Positions 1 to 12,488 of a stretch of DNA of 64,000 bases are shown here, one piece after another. The stretch is from Escherichia coli (GTDB taxonomy: Bacteria > Pseudomonadota > Gammaproteobacteria > Enterobacterales > Enterobacteriaceae). The stretch is taken from the NCBI RefSeq assembly GCF_041886205.1, contig NZ_CP169029.1; one strand, 5' to 3'. A program made the position numbers and the translations under genes. The notes under the pieces are model-generated. The model was not told where the DNA came from, did no database searches, and was given only the letters and a program-made list of their open reading frames with translations. Each line of letters begins with the position of its first letter. Position 1 is the first letter of the stretch.

Positions 1-19
1 CCGCCGCGATTAAGCATTG

Positions 20-41
20 TGCCGGATGCAAACATCCGGCA
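20..41 (-). repeat. REP-like hairpin just downstream of ushA stop (TGCCGGATG / CATCCGGCA inverted repeat)
   Basis: Perfect 9-bp inverted repeat with 4-nt loop read directly; no T-tract follows, so REP-like rather than a classic intrinsic terminator. Confidence 0.4.
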
Positions 42-49
42 CTTTCGGA

Positions 50-1702
50 TTACTGCCAGCTCACCTCACCTTTCGGTTCATAAACACTCACATCCAGCGG
101 CGAGCTTTTCTGGATATACGCTTTCAGCACTTCGGCATCAATAAAGCCGGTATTCACATAGCCCGGTTTGTTATCAAGGCGCGGATATCCATCACCGCCG
201 GTGGCATTGAAGTTTAATGTCGCCATACGGTAAGTTTTCGCTGGATCGACCGGTTCGCCTTTGATTTTAAGGTCGTTCAGTTTGCCGTCTTTCGCCACAA
301 AGCTAACGTTGGCAAATTGCGGGTAGGCACCTGAATCTGGCTTCATCTGCGCGACGGCGGTCAGGTAATCAATCACCTCTTTACCGGTCATGTCGGCATA
401 CACCACCACATTGCCGAATGGCTGCACTTTCAGTACGTTTTTATAGCTGATATCGCCTGCTTCGATAGAATCACGAATTCCTCCTCCACTCATCACCGCA
501 AAGTCGGCACCAGTGCGATCCATTTGGGCTGCCAGAATCAACCGCCCCATATTGGTCTGTACAAAACGCACTTTGTCACGATCGCCTTCCAGACGACCAT
601 TGGTTTCGCCTATTTTCACTTCCAACTGCGCTTTGCCTTTGTTCTGGAACGGCGATAACAGCGAGATCATTTGCTGGTTTTCAGCGATTTCAGGGGTGTA
701 CAGCACGCGCTCGCTTTTCCCGTCTTCCCAGGTCACTTTCTTCTTCAGGTTCACCGGAATCAGCTGGTAGTTAACCATTTTCATTTCGCCATTACGAAAC
801 TCAAAATCAGCCCGTCCCACGTATTTGCCCCACTCATGCGCCTGCACAATCCAGATGCCGTTTTGTTGATCTGGTTTGCATGGCGTACCCGGCACGTAAT
901 CGACCTGTTTTTTGTTTTCTGCCGCCATGCAGACCGGATCTTGCGAGTGACCACCGACGATCATCGCCAGCGATCCGGCAGGCAGCGCGCGTGCCATCTC
1001 CACATCGCCCGGTGCGTTAGAGCCGTGCTCACCATTATCGTAATGCCCCATATGGGTCGCCGCGATAATAATGTCTGGCTTTTCTGTCTGTTGCAGCTCC
1101 TGAATCACCAGCTTCGCTTCATCGGCGGGCTTACGAAATTCGATATCAGTGAAGTATTCCGGGTTACCAATTTTTGCTGTGTCATCGGTTGTCAGCCCAA
1201 TAACGGCAATTTTCAGATCCTGACGCTTAAACAGCGCCCACGGTTTAAACAGGCGCTCGCCAGTACTTTTCTGGTAGATATTCGCGGAAAGCAACGGGAA
1301 CTTGGCCCACTTTTCCTGCTGGCGTAATACGGTGAGCGGATTATCAAATTCATGATTACCGATCGCCATCGCGTCATAGCCCACCAGATTCATACCGCGA
1401 AAATCAGGTTCGGCATCCTGTAAGTCAGACTCGGGCACGCCAGTGTTAATGTCGCCACCGGAAAGTAGCAGCACGCTACCGCCTTCAGCCGCAACCTCTT
1501 TGCGGATACCATCCACCAGCGTTTTTTGCGCCGCCAGACCATATTCGCCATATTCATTGCGCCAAAAATGCCCATGATGATCATTGGTATGCAGAACTGT
1601 AATTTTGTAGGTTTTATCCTGCTCATACGCCAGAGCAGTTTCACTCGCCAGTGTAAATGTGGTTAACAGCGCTAACGCCACGCCCCGCTGCAATAATTTC
1701 AT
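50..1702 (-). CDS. ushA: UDP-sugar hydrolase / 5'-nucleotidase, periplasmic
   Basis: 550-aa ORF with N-terminal signal peptide and metallophosphoesterase motifs (DHHGHF, GNHEFD); length matches E. coli UshA. Confidence 0.95.
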   Translation of the reverse strand: MKLLQRGVALALLTTFTLASETALAYEQDKTYKITVLHTNDHHGHFWRNEYGEYGLAAQKTLVDGIRKEVAAEGGSVLLLSGGDINTGVPESDLQDAEPDFRGMNLVGYDAMAIGNHEFDNPLTVLRQQEKWAKFPLLSANIYQKSTGERLFKPWALFKRQDLKIAVIGLTTDDTAKIGNPEYFTDIEFRKPADEAKLVIQELQQTEKPDIIIAATHMGHYDNGEHGSNAPGDVEMARALPAGSLAMIVGGHSQDPVCMAAENKKQVDYVPGTPCKPDQQNGIWIVQAHEWGKYVGRADFEFRNGEMKMVNYQLIPVNLKKKVTWEDGKSERVLYTPEIAENQQMISLLSPFQNKGKAQLEVKIGETNGRLEGDRDKVRFVQTNMGRLILAAQMDRTGADFAVMSGGGIRDSIEAGDISYKNVLKVQPFGNVVVYADMTGKEVIDYLTAVAQMKPDSGAYPQFANVSFVAKDGKLNDLKIKGEPVDPAKTYRMATLNFNATGGDGYPRLDNKPGYVNTGFIDAEVLKAYIQKSSPLDVSVYEPKGEVSWQ

Positions 1703-1919
1703 ACTTCTCTCCCTGACCTGATTTCAACGTGTTGAAAAATAGTATGACGCGACATCATAGACAAGTCTGCGTCCGGTGAAGATAAATCTGCATCCAGATT
1801 AGAAATTCTGTATTCGGCGTTGAGACTTCCTTCAGACGACGCATACAGGTATGTTAGTCGGGTAATAATCACAAATAAGATCATTCTTTACATCGCAACC
1901 CTGAAAAAGTGACTTTCCT

Positions 1920-3140
1920 ATGGCAATGAGTGAACAACCCCAGCCTGTGGCGGGCGCGGCTGCGTCAACGACCAAGGCCCGAACATCGTTTGGTATTTTA
2001 GGTGCTATCAGCCTCTCGCATCTGCTGAACGACATGATCCAATCGCTGATTCTGGCGATTTATCCGCTGCTTCAGTCAGAATTTTCTCTGACATTTATGC
2101 AGATTGGCATGATAACCCTCACCTTCCAGCTCGCCTCTTCGCTACTGCAACCAGTGGTCGGCTACTGGACCGATAAATATCCGATGCCGTGGTCGTTGCC
2201 AATTGGCATGTGCTTTACCTTAAGTGGTCTGGTGCTGCTTGCGCTGGCGGGCAGTTTTGGCGCAGTTCTGCTGGCGGCGGCGCTGGTCGGTACCGGTTCA
2301 TCGGTCTTTCATCCGGAATCTTCTCGCGTGGCCCGTATGGCTTCCGGCGGGCGGCATGGCCTGGCACAATCTATCTTTCAGGTCGGCGGCAACTTTGGCA
2401 GTTCCCTGGGACCCTTGCTGGCGGCGGTGATTATCGCGCCTTATGGCAAAGGCAACGTTGCCTGGTTTGTGCTTGCGGCACTGCTGGCGATCGTGGTGTT
2501 GGCACAAATCAGCCGTTGGTACTCGGCACAGCACCGAATGAATAAAGGAAAACCCAAAGCGACGATAATCAATCCACTGCCGCGCAACAAAGTGGTACTG
2601 GCAGTCAGCATTCTGTTAATCCTCATTTTCTCGAAATATTTCTATATGGCGAGCATCAGCAGCTATTACACCTTTTATCTGATGCAAAAATTCGGATTAT
2701 CTATCCAGAATGCCCAGCTTCATCTGTTTGCCTTCCTGTTTGCCGTTGCGGCAGGTACGGTGATCGGCGGGCCTGTAGGGGATAAAATTGGACGGAAATA
2801 TGTGATTTGGGGCTCTATCCTCGGCGTTGCGCCGTTTACGCTGATTTTACCCTACGCCAGCCTGCACTGGACGGGGGTTTTAACGGTGATTATTGGATTT
2901 ATCCTCGCTTCGGCATTCTCTGCCATTCTGGTCTACGCTCAGGAGCTACTTCCGGGACGTATCGGTATGGTTTCTGGACTCTTTTTCGGTTTTGCTTTTG
3001 GCATGGGAGGTCTGGGAGCGGCAGTTCTGGGGCTTATCGCCGATCACACCAGCATCGAGTTAGTCTATAAAATCTGTGCTTTCCTGCCACTATTGGGGAT
3101 GTTGACCATATTCCTGCCTGATAACCGGCATAAAGACTGA
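1920..3140 (+). CDS. fsr: MFS transporter, fosmidomycin resistance protein
   Basis: 406-aa polytopic membrane ORF; recognised as Fsr; divergent from ushA as in K-12. Confidence 0.93.
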   Translation: MAMSEQPQPVAGAAASTTKARTSFGILGAISLSHLLNDMIQSLILAIYPLLQSEFSLTFMQIGMITLTFQLASSLLQPVVGYWTDKYPMPWSLPIGMCFTLSGLVLLALAGSFGAVLLAAALVGTGSSVFHPESSRVARMASGGRHGLAQSIFQVGGNFGSSLGPLLAAVIIAPYGKGNVAWFVLAALLAIVVLAQISRWYSAQHRMNKGKPKATIINPLPRNKVVLAVSILLILIFSKYFYMASISSYYTFYLMQKFGLSIQNAQLHLFAFLFAVAAGTVIGGPVGDKIGRKYVIWGSILGVAPFTLILPYASLHWTGVLTVIIGFILASAFSAILVYAQELLPGRIGMVSGLFFGFAFGMGGLGAAVLGLIADHTSIELVYKICAFLPLLGMLTIFLPDNRHKD

Positions 3141-3149
3141 TTTCATTGC

Positions 3150-3176
3150 AGCCAAAGGCAAACTTTGGCTGCATCG
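3150..3176 (+). terminator. hairpin downstream of fsr (GCAGCCAAAG...CTTTGGCTGC)
   Basis: 10-bp inverted repeat with 5-nt loop immediately after fsr stop, followed by a T-containing stretch. Confidence 0.5.
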
Positions 3177-3377
3177 TTTTACAGTCGCCATAAGCCTTTC
3201 CTCTGTTAAACCGCCTTCTGTTTTCCGATCCGTGCTTTTTTTGCAGCTAATTCCATTTTTCTGCAAAATTCAATAATTATTCATGAACATCATCAATGAA
3301 ATTGTCATAAACTATTACCTGTAATTTTGGTTTTCCCGGCCAAAAATGGACAATAACCACCAGGAAAAGGAGACGGA

Positions 3378-5054
3378 ATGCATCACGCCACCCCGCTTAT
3401 CACCACCATTGTTGGCGGCCTTGTGCTCGCCTTTATCCTCGGCATGCTGGCCAATAAACTACGTATTTCTCCTCTGGTGGGATATCTGTTAGCGGGTGTG
3501 CTGGCAGGACCATTCACTCCGGGCTTTGTTGCCGATACCAAGCTTGCCCCGGAACTGGCTGAACTGGGCGTCATTCTGTTGATGTTTGGCGTCGGTTTGC
3601 ACTTTTCGCTGAAGGATTTGATGGCGGTAAAGGCCATCGCCATTCCCGGTGCGATCGCCCAGATAGCCGTGGCGACGCTGCTGGGTATGGCGCTCTCTGC
3701 CGTGCTGGGCTGGTCGTTAATGACCGGTATCGTGTTCGGTTTATGTCTTTCCACCGCCAGTACCGTGGTGTTACTGCGCGCACTTGAAGAACGGCAATTA
3801 ATTGACAGTCAGCGTGGGCAAATCGCCATCGGTTGGTTGATTGTGGAAGACCTGGTAATGGTTCTGACGCTGGTGTTGCTGCCCGCAGTGGCAGGAATGA
3901 TGGAACAGGGCGATGTGGGCTTTGCCACTCTTGCAGTCGATATGGGGATCACCATCGGCAAAGTGATCGCATTTATCGCCATTATGATGCTGGTAGGTCG
4001 CCGTCTGGTGCCGTGGATTATGGCACGCAGCGCGGCAACCGGTTCTCGCGAGCTGTTTACCCTGTCGGTGCTGGCGCTGGCGTTAGGGGTTGCCTTTGGT
4101 GCGGTAGAGCTGTTTGATGTCTCCTTTGCACTCGGTGCGTTCTTTGCCGGGATGGTACTGAACGAGTCTGAACTGAGTCACCGTGCCGCCCACGATACGC
4201 TGCCATTGCGCGACGCGTTTGCGGTGCTGTTTTTTGTCTCCGTCGGGATGTTGTTTGATCCGTTAATTCTGATTCAGCAACCGCTGGCAGTGCTGGCGAC
4301 GCTGGCGATTATTCTGTTTGGTAAGTCGTTAGCCGCATTTTTCCTGGTGCGACTGTTTGGTCACTCCCAACGTACGGCATTAACCATCGCCGCCAGCCTG
4401 GCGCAGATTGGTGAGTTCGCGTTTATCCTGGCGGGACTGGGAATGGCATTGAATTTACTGCCGCAGGCCGGACAAAACCTGGTACTGGCAGGGGCGATCC
4501 TGTCGATTATGCTCAACCCGGTACTGTTCGCACTACTGGAGAAATATCTGGCGAAGACCGAAACGCTGGAAGAGCAGACGCTGGAAGAGGCAATCGAAGA
4601 AGAGAAGCAGATCCCAGTGGATATTTGCAACCATGCGCTACTGGTGGGTTACGGTCGTGTAGGCAGCCTGCTGGGGGAGAAATTGCTCGCCTCTGATATT
4701 CCGCTGGTGGTGATTGAGACGTCACGAACCCGTGTTGATGAGCTGCGAGAGCGCGGGGTCCGCGCAGTATTGGGCAATGCGGCGAACGAAGAAATTATGC
4801 AACTGGCGCATCTGGAATGTGCAAAATGGCTGATCCTGACGATTCCCAACGGTTATGAAGCGGGTGAGATTGTGGCATCTGCCCGCGCGAAAAATCCGGA
4901 TATTGAGATTATTGCCCGCGCCCATTATGACGATGAAGTGGCGTATATCACCGAACGTGGTGCGAATCAGGTAGTGATGGGCGAGCGTGAAATCGCCCGT
5001 ACCATGCTGGAACTGCTGGAAACGCCACCGGCGGGTGAGGTGGTGACGGGGTAA
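3378..5054 (+). CDS. ybaL: CPA2-family cation:proton antiporter with C-terminal TrkA-N (NAD-binding) domain, KefC-like
   Basis: 558-aa ORF; N-terminal multi-TM domain, C-terminal GYGRVG Rossmann motif; matches YbaL length. Confidence 0.93.
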   Translation: MHHATPLITTIVGGLVLAFILGMLANKLRISPLVGYLLAGVLAGPFTPGFVADTKLAPELAELGVILLMFGVGLHFSLKDLMAVKAIAIPGAIAQIAVATLLGMALSAVLGWSLMTGIVFGLCLSTASTVVLLRALEERQLIDSQRGQIAIGWLIVEDLVMVLTLVLLPAVAGMMEQGDVGFATLAVDMGITIGKVIAFIAIMMLVGRRLVPWIMARSAATGSRELFTLSVLALALGVAFGAVELFDVSFALGAFFAGMVLNESELSHRAAHDTLPLRDAFAVLFFVSVGMLFDPLILIQQPLAVLATLAIILFGKSLAAFFLVRLFGHSQRTALTIAASLAQIGEFAFILAGLGMALNLLPQAGQNLVLAGAILSIMLNPVLFALLEKYLAKTETLEEQTLEEAIEEEKQIPVDICNHALLVGYGRVGSLLGEKLLASDIPLVVIETSRTRVDELRERGVRAVLGNAANEEIMQLAHLECAKWLILTIPNGYEAGEIVASARAKNPDIEIIARAHYDDEVAYITERGANQVVMGEREIARTMLELLETPPAGEVVTG

Positions 5055-5059
5055 ACGGT

Positions 5060-5180
5060 GGTTGCCGGATGTAAAATATGAAAAATATGTAGGCATGATA
5101 AGACGCGCCAGCGTCGCATCAGGCATCGAGAGCCAAATGCCAGATGCGGCGTGAACGCCTTATCTGGCCTACGAACCGAC
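5060..5180. repeat. REP/BIME cluster between ybaL and gsk
   Basis: Two or more REP units with the GCCTGATGCGACGC / GCCAGATGCGGCGTGAACGCCTTATCTGGCCTAC motif read directly. Confidence 0.6.
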
Positions 5181-5186
5181 GATAAC

Positions 5187-6491
5187 TTAACGATCCCAGT
5201 AAGACTCTTCCAGGCTGTCTTCACGCTCCGGCAAGCCGCGCGTTAAACGAGGTGAATGCTGGTTCAGTACCTGATAGCTCACACGGTTAGCATATTTACA
5301 CACCTGCGCTAACGATGAATAAGTTAACCAGGTGAATTTATGTTTGCTGGAGTTTGGTACGTTGCTACGATGGTAGCTGTTGGCGGTAATGTCATGCAGC
5401 AACGCTGCCAATGCGCCATCCCCCGCTCCATTAGTGTTCATGATTTTTTCCGGCCCGCCCATGTACGGCGCAATGTGCGAATATACACGCAGCGGATTCT
5501 GGCAATCCTTGTGGCGCATGGCGCGGCTAAACTCATACTGGTTGAATTCCGCTATAGCGCCCGGCAGCAGCGGATGCTGGGTTTTACGTTTCGCTTCGTC
5601 TTCGGTAAAGCCCGCCATATACAAGCCGATTGGCCCTGCAGTGCACAGCACCAGATCAACCCAGTCCAGCGCCTTGTCAGATGCTAACAACGGATCGCTT
5701 TCTCCGGTCAACGCTTCGGCTTCATCTTCGTTCATCGCAAGGATAGAGACGTGGTCTTTGAGGAATTGCTGCCACCACTGCGGATTCTCGGCAATGACAA
5801 ACTTGGTGCCCAGCGTCAGCACCACCGGTACGTTATATTTCTTCGCGTACTCAATGGCTTTCATGGTTGCTTCCGGCATGGGTTCACCCGGCTTGCAACG
5901 CACCAGATAAGAGGTGAGAACCAGTGCCGAGGCTCCGGCAATCACATCTTCCGGAATGCTTTCAGCCCGCAGCTGGTTCATGTGGCCAGGACTGATAGCA
6001 AAGGTACGTTCCCCGGACTCGCCAATCAGCGTAAAGCAACGACCAATCGGACCATCCACGCCTTGTAGATAGTTAAGATCGGTACGGCTGGAGGTGTTAC
6101 ACAGGTAACGATAGGCATAGCTGCCAATTTCAATATTGCTGCACATCACACCCAGCAGCACCGAACGGTCGTCCGCGAGCACCGAGTAGTTGTGCATGGT
6201 GTTGCCAATGGTGCCACCCGCAAACTGATGGGTAATCAGGTTTTTCTGTTTTAGTTCCTGATAAAGCGCTTCGGCTACGTCATCCTCAATCACCAGTGAA
6301 TGCCCGGCGCTTAATCCATAACGCTCAATGAATTCATCATCCACTTTCGCTTCAATATCGACCAGCGTCTGGTCAATACCTACGACCCAGGCGGCGCTGG
6401 TTTCGTTTTCTGGCTGGAATTGCTGAAGCAGCGGATCGCGTGCATTTACAGGGAAGTAATGTTTGGATTTACGTTTACCGGGAAATTTCAT
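5187..6491 (-). CDS. gsk: inosine-guanosine kinase
   Basis: 434-aa ORF recognised as Gsk (PfkB-family sugar kinase); K-12 synteny. Confidence 0.95.
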   Translation of the reverse strand: MKFPGKRKSKHYFPVNARDPLLQQFQPENETSAAWVVGIDQTLVDIEAKVDDEFIERYGLSAGHSLVIEDDVAEALYQELKQKNLITHQFAGGTIGNTMHNYSVLADDRSVLLGVMCSNIEIGSYAYRYLCNTSSRTDLNYLQGVDGPIGRCFTLIGESGERTFAISPGHMNQLRAESIPEDVIAGASALVLTSYLVRCKPGEPMPEATMKAIEYAKKYNVPVVLTLGTKFVIAENPQWWQQFLKDHVSILAMNEDEAEALTGESDPLLASDKALDWVDLVLCTAGPIGLYMAGFTEDEAKRKTQHPLLPGAIAEFNQYEFSRAMRHKDCQNPLRVYSHIAPYMGGPEKIMNTNGAGDGALAALLHDITANSYHRSNVPNSSKHKFTWLTYSSLAQVCKYANRVSYQVLNQHSPRLTRGLPEREDSLEESYWDR

Positions 6492-6642
6492 GGTTGTTTT
6501 TACGGGTGGTTAACTGAGCGGCGAATGTTAACACAATCTGACGGGAGCGCGCGAGACGCAGCCAGTTTCAATATCAGCAGGCGGGATCGCATTTTCATGG
6601 CAGTGGTTCCTTACAATGACCTCATTTGAAAGGAGTTTTTGC

Positions 6643-7602
6643 ATGAAGCCGGAAAACAAATTACCCGTTCTGGACCTTATCTCTGCTGAAATGAAGACCG
6701 TTGTGAATACTCTTCAGCCGGATTTACCGCCCTGGCCTGCAACGGGAACGATTGCTGAGCAACGACATTATTACACGCTTGAGCGCCGATTCTGGAATGC
6801 GGGCGCTCCAGAAATGGCAACCAGCGCTTACATGGTTCCAACAAAATATGGGCAGGTGGAAACACGTCTCTTTTGTCCGCAGCCAGATAGTCCGGCGACG
6901 CTATTTTATTTGCATGGCGGCGGTTTTATTCTCGGCAATCTCGATACCCACGATCGCATCATGCGCCTTTTGGCAAGCTACAGCCAATGTACGGTGATTG
7001 GCATTGATTACACCCTTTCACCTGAAGCGCGTTTTCCGCAAGCGATAGAGGAAATTGTGGCTGCCTGTTGTTATTTCCACCAGCAGGCGGAGGATTATCA
7101 AATCAATGTGTCCCGCATTGGCTTTGCCGGTGATTCCGCAGGTGCCATGCTGGCGCTCGCCAGTGCGTTGTGGTTGCGTGATAAACAGATCGATTGCGGT
7201 GAAGTTGCGGGCGTTTTGCTGTGGTATGGGCTTTACGGATTACGGGATTCCGTGACACGTCGTCTGTTGGGCGGTGTCTGGGATGGCTTAACGCAACAGG
7301 AGTTGCAGATGTATGAAGAGGCGTATTTAAGCAACGACGCGGACCGCGAGTCGCCGTATTACTGTCTGTTTAATAACGATCTCACTCGCGAAGTTCCGCC
7401 CTGTTTTATTGCCGGGGCGGAGTTCGATCCGCTGCTGGATGACAGTCGTCTGCTTTACCAGACGTTAGCGGCGCATCAGCAGCCCTGTGAGTTCAAACTC
7501 TATCCAGGCACGCTGCACGCCTTTTTGCATTATTCACGGATGATGAAAACCGCCGACGAGGCTCTTCGCGACGGCGCTCAGTTCTTTACCGCTCAGCTTT
7601 AG
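6643..7602 (+). CDS. aes: acetyl esterase (alpha/beta hydrolase, HSL family)
   Basis: 319-aa from [10 protein letters not shown] with AAGGAG RBS 9 nt upstream; HGGGF and GDSAG motifs; the ORF-track start at 6616 is an N-terminal over-extension. Confidence 0.93.
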   Translation: MKPENKLPVLDLISAEMKTVVNTLQPDLPPWPATGTIAEQRHYYTLERRFWNAGAPEMATSAYMVPTKYGQVETRLFCPQPDSPATLFYLHGGGFILGNLDTHDRIMRLLASYSQCTVIGIDYTLSPEARFPQAIEEIVAACCYFHQQAEDYQINVSRIGFAGDSAGAMLALASALWLRDKQIDCGEVAGVLLWYGLYGLRDSVTRRLLGGVWDGLTQQELQMYEEAYLSNDADRESPYYCLFNNDLTREVPPCFIAGAEFDPLLDDSRLLYQTLAAHQQPCEFKLYPGTLHAFLHYSRMMKTADEALRDGAQFFTAQL

Positions 7603-8561
7603 CGATACGCGGCAACAAGATTAGCCATCATTTCAATATGTTCCGGCGTGGCATTAAGCGACGGAATATACTCATATTTTTTCCCGCCCGCACCGAGGAA
7701 GACCTCACGGTTTTGCTCAGCAATCTCTTCCAGCGTCTCCAGACAATCCGCAGCAAAGCCCGGGCACATCACCTGAATATGACCTACGCCTTTTTCTCCG
7801 AGCATTTTCAGCGTTTCGTCGGTATAAGGCATCAGCCAGGGTTCCCGACCAAAGCGCGACTGAAAGGTCATCATCACTTTTTCCGGTGCCATCCCCAGTG
7901 CGGAAGCCAGTTCGCGAGTCGTTGTGCGGCAACGTTGCGGGTAATCATCGCCTTCATCGGCATAACGCTGGGGAATGCCATGATAAGAGAGCAGCAGCAG
8001 ATCCGGTTCGCCATGTTTGGCAAAAGAAGCGCGTACGCTGTTCGCCAGTGCATTAATGTAATCGTGGTTATCGGCGTAATCACGAATAAACGATATGCCC
8101 GGAATGCTACGTTTGCGCGCCAGAATGCGTGCCAGTTCATCCCATACCGCACCGACCGTAGAACAGGAGAATTGCGGATAAAGCGGCAGCACCACAATAT
8201 GATCTACATGCTCTGCCAGGAGTTCATCTACGGCGCTTTCCAGTGATGGCGAGCCGTAGCTCATTCCCAGCGCTACGGGCGTCTCCGGTAAACGTTGTGC
8301 CAGCGCCTGCTGTTGCTGGCGGCTGTAAACCATCAGCGGCGAGCCACCTTCCATCCAGACAGAGGCATACAGCTTCGCCACACGCGGCGAGCGCAGCGGC
8401 AAAATCACGCCGCGTAATAAGGGCCACCATAACAGTCGTGAGGTATCGACCACACGTCTGTCGCTTAAAAATTGTTTCAGGTAGCGTTTTACCGCTTCAG
8501 GAGTGGGGGCATCGGGTGTACCCAGGTTTGCCAGCAGAATACCAGTTTTAGTCTGACGCAT
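7599..8561 (-). CDS. hemH: ferrochelatase
   Basis: 320-aa ORF recognised as HemH; convergent 4-nt overlap with aes. Confidence 0.95.
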   Translation of the reverse strand: MRQTKTGILLANLGTPDAPTPEAVKRYLKQFLSDRRVVDTSRLLWWPLLRGVILPLRSPRVAKLYASVWMEGGSPLMVYSRQQQQALAQRLPETPVALGMSYGSPSLESAVDELLAEHVDHIVVLPLYPQFSCSTVGAVWDELARILARKRSIPGISFIRDYADNHDYINALANSVRASFAKHGEPDLLLLSYHGIPQRYADEGDDYPQRCRTTTRELASALGMAPEKVMMTFQSRFGREPWLMPYTDETLKMLGEKGVGHIQVMCPGFAADCLETLEEIAEQNREVFLGAGGKKYEYIPSLNATPEHIEMMANLVAAYR

Positions 8562-8692
8562 TACCGCCTCTTATCGATTCAACTTGTTGATAATTGTAGC
8601 GGAAAAGTGAAGAAGAAGAACTAATTGCTGTAAGAGGTATTGCCTGAGGAGGATGAGCAGACCTGCCCGAAAGCAGATCTGCTGCGGCTTGA

Positions 8693-9409
<717 letters not shown>

Positions 9410-9517
9410 TCAAGAAAGGCACCTGGGGCTGAAACGGTTAATGGCGAGATAAATTGCGGAAAGTGCAGATGATGAAAAGAAAAATGCCGGATGACACGAA
9501 GGTCATCCGGCATGACA

Positions 9518-11392
9518 TCAGGAAACCAGCAGCTGGTTCATACGACGAATAAACAGGTTCGGATCTTCCAGCGTGCCGCGTTCTGCCAGCAGCGCCTGAT
9601 CCAGCAGCAGTTCTACCCACTCGCTGAACTTCGCTTCATCTTCAGTATCTGCCGCACGTTTCACCAGTACGTGATCCGGGTTCAGTTCGAAGATGTATTT
9701 CACTTCCGGCACTTTCTGGCCCGCTGCGGCAAACAGTTTCGCCATCTGAGTGCTCATTTCGTCCGCATCGGTAGAGACAATCGCTGGCGTATCGGTCAGA
9801 CGGTGAGTCAGACGGACATCTTTCACGCGCTCGCCGAGCAGGGCTTTCACACGGTCGATGAACGGAGTCAGTGCTTTCTCCGCTTCTTTCGCGCTCTCAT
9901 CAACTTCGTCAGCCAGTTTTTCCAGCGACTCGTCAACTTTAGACACCGACTGGAACGGTTTACCGTCGAACTCAGTCAGATAGTTCATCATCCACTCATC
10001 GATGCGGTCGGAAAGCAGCAGAACTTCGATGCCTTTCTTACGCAGCAGTTCCAGGTGCGGGCTGCTCTTCGCTGCCGCATAGCTGTCTGCAGTGATGTAG
10101 TAGATTTTCTCCTGCCCTTCTTTCATGCGGGAAACGTAGTCTTCCAGAGACACGGTCTGCGCAGAAGAATCGGTATGAGTAGAAGCAAAACGCAGCAGTT
10201 TGGCGATCGCTTCCTGGTTAGCGAAATCTTCCGCCGGACCTTCTTTCAGTACCAGGCCAAACTGTTGCCAGAAGGTCTGGTATTTTTCCGCGTCGTCTTT
10301 GGCCAGTTTTTCCAGCATTTGCAACACACGCTTGGTCAGCGCATTGCGCAGGTTACGCGTTACCGTGCTGTCCTGGAGGATTTCACGGGAAACGTTCAGC
10401 GGCAGATCGCTGGAGTCAATCAGACCACGCACGAAGCGCAGATAGTTCGGCATGAACTGTTCTGCGTCGTCCATGATGAACACGCGCTGGACGTACAGTT
10501 TCAGGCCGTGTTTATGATCGCGGTTCCACATATCCCACGGAGCCTGGGACGGGATGTACAGCAGGCTGGTGTACTCCTGCTTACCTTCAACACGGTTGTG
10601 GCTCCAGGTCAGCGGATCGTTAAAGTCGTGGGCGATGTGTTTGTAGAACTCTTTGTACTCTTCATCGGTGATTTCCGACTTGTTACGAGTCCACAGCGCC
10701 TGCGCTTTGTTAATTTTCTCCCAGGAGATAACGGTTTCGCCGTCTTTCTCTTCGCGTTTTTCGATCTCTACCGGCAGCGCGATATGGTCGGAGTATTTGC
10801 TGATGATGGAACGCACACGCCAGTCATCGAGGAACTCGTCTTCGCCTTCACGCAGATGCAGGGTGATTTCAGTACCACGATCTTCTTTGGTGATGTCGGC
10901 AACGGTGTATTCACCTTCGCCAGCCGATTCCCAGAACACGCCATTTTCTGGTTTTTCGCCTGCCGCGCGAGTACGCACGGTCACTTTGTCGGCCACGATA
11001 AACGCAGAGTAGAAGCCAACACCAAACTGACCGATCAGCTGGCTGTCTTTCGCCTGGTCAGAACCCAGCGATTCAAGGAATGATTTGGTGCCGGATTTAG
11101 CGATAGTCCCCAGATGGTCAATCACTTCGTCGCGGGTCATCCCCACGCCGTTATCGGAGATGGTCAGCGTACGCTTGTCTTTATCGAAAGAGACACGAAC
11201 GCGTAGTTCGCCATCACCTTCGTACAGGTCCGGGTTAGAGAGCGCGCGGAAACGCAGCTTGTCCGCCGCATCGGAGGCGTTAGAGATAAGCTCACGCAGG
11301 AAGATTTCTTTATTGGAATAGAGAGAATGGATCATCAGGTGCAGAAGCTGTTTCACTTCTGACTGAAAACCACGAGTTTCTTGTCCTTTCAT
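9518..11392 (-). CDS. htpG: Hsp90-family chaperone HtpG
   Basis: 624-aa ORF with GHKL ATPase N-terminus; recognised as HtpG. Confidence 0.96.
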   Translation of the reverse strand: MKGQETRGFQSEVKQLLHLMIHSLYSNKEIFLRELISNASDAADKLRFRALSNPDLYEGDGELRVRVSFDKDKRTLTISDNGVGMTRDEVIDHLGTIAKSGTKSFLESLGSDQAKDSQLIGQFGVGFYSAFIVADKVTVRTRAAGEKPENGVFWESAGEGEYTVADITKEDRGTEITLHLREGEDEFLDDWRVRSIISKYSDHIALPVEIEKREEKDGETVISWEKINKAQALWTRNKSEITDEEYKEFYKHIAHDFNDPLTWSHNRVEGKQEYTSLLYIPSQAPWDMWNRDHKHGLKLYVQRVFIMDDAEQFMPNYLRFVRGLIDSSDLPLNVSREILQDSTVTRNLRNALTKRVLQMLEKLAKDDAEKYQTFWQQFGLVLKEGPAEDFANQEAIAKLLRFASTHTDSSAQTVSLEDYVSRMKEGQEKIYYITADSYAAAKSSPHLELLRKKGIEVLLLSDRIDEWMMNYLTEFDGKPFQSVSKVDESLEKLADEVDESAKEAEKALTPFIDRVKALLGERVKDVRLTHRLTDTPAIVSTDADEMSTQMAKLFAAAGQKVPEVKYIFELNPDHVLVKRAADTEDEAKFSEWVELLLDQALLAERGTLEDPNLFIRRMNQLLVS

Positions 11393-11468
11393 GTAGGTCT
11401 ACCTCAATAATGCCATTTTAAGGTTAAAAACAGGATGAGGGAGAGATGGGGACAAGGGAGAATAATTT

Positions 11469-11493
11469 CAAGCGAGAGCAGGTGATCCTGCTC
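11469..11493 (-). terminator. hairpin between recR and htpG
   Basis: Inverted repeat GCGAGAGCAGG...CCTGCTCTCGC read directly downstream of recR stop. Confidence 0.45.
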
Positions 11494-11501
11494 TCGTTTG
11501 C

Positions 11502-12106
11502 TTAAAAACGAATCTTATGACGCCCGGCAAGGGAGTGTGACAGCGTGGTGCCATCGACCATTTCCAGTTCGCCGCCAACCGGTACGCCATGAGCGATTCG
11601 GCTGGCTTCCACGTCATATTGCGCGCAAAGCTCGGCAATGTAGTTAGCGGTAGCTTCACCTTCAACCGTGGGATTGGTGGCGAGGATCACTTCAGTGATT
11701 TTTTCCTCTGCCAGACGCTGTTCCAGACGATCAAGCCCGATATCATCCGGACCGATGCCGTCCAGCGGTGACAGATGCCCCATCAACACAAAATAACGAC
11801 CTGAAAACTGCCCCGTCTGCTCAATGGCGTAAATGTCCGCCGGACTCTCCACCACACAGATTTGACCGTTTTCCTGACGACGCGGATTCGAACAGATGTT
11901 ACAGACTTCCTGTTCGGTGAAAGTGCGGCAATCGGCGCAGTGGCCGATTTCCGACATCGCCCGGGTGAGCGCCTGCGCCAGACGCATCCCGCCGCTACGA
12001 TCGCGCTGAAGCAGCGTGAACGCCATACGCTGCGCCGACTTCGGGCCAACGCCCGGCAGACAGCGCAGTGCTTCCATAAGCTGTGTTAACAGCGGGCTGG
12101 TTTGCA

Positions 12107-12107
<1 letters not shown>
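11502..12107 (-). CDS. recR: recombination protein RecR
   Basis: 201-aa ORF with C4 zinc finger and Toprim region; start overlaps ybaB stop. Confidence 0.95.
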
Positions 12108-12451
<344 letters not shown>

Positions 12452-12488
12452 TCACGTTAAGGATGACGAACGTAAGCTGTGCTTACGA

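Noticed and set aside
671-1327. 218-aa plus-strand ORF
   Set aside because: Antisense within ushA.
9491-11083. 530-aa plus-strand ORF
   Set aside because: Entirely antisense to htpG, which is recognisably the real gene; long antisense ORFs of this kind are common and the product has a low-complexity, Arg/Phe/Gln-rich composition.
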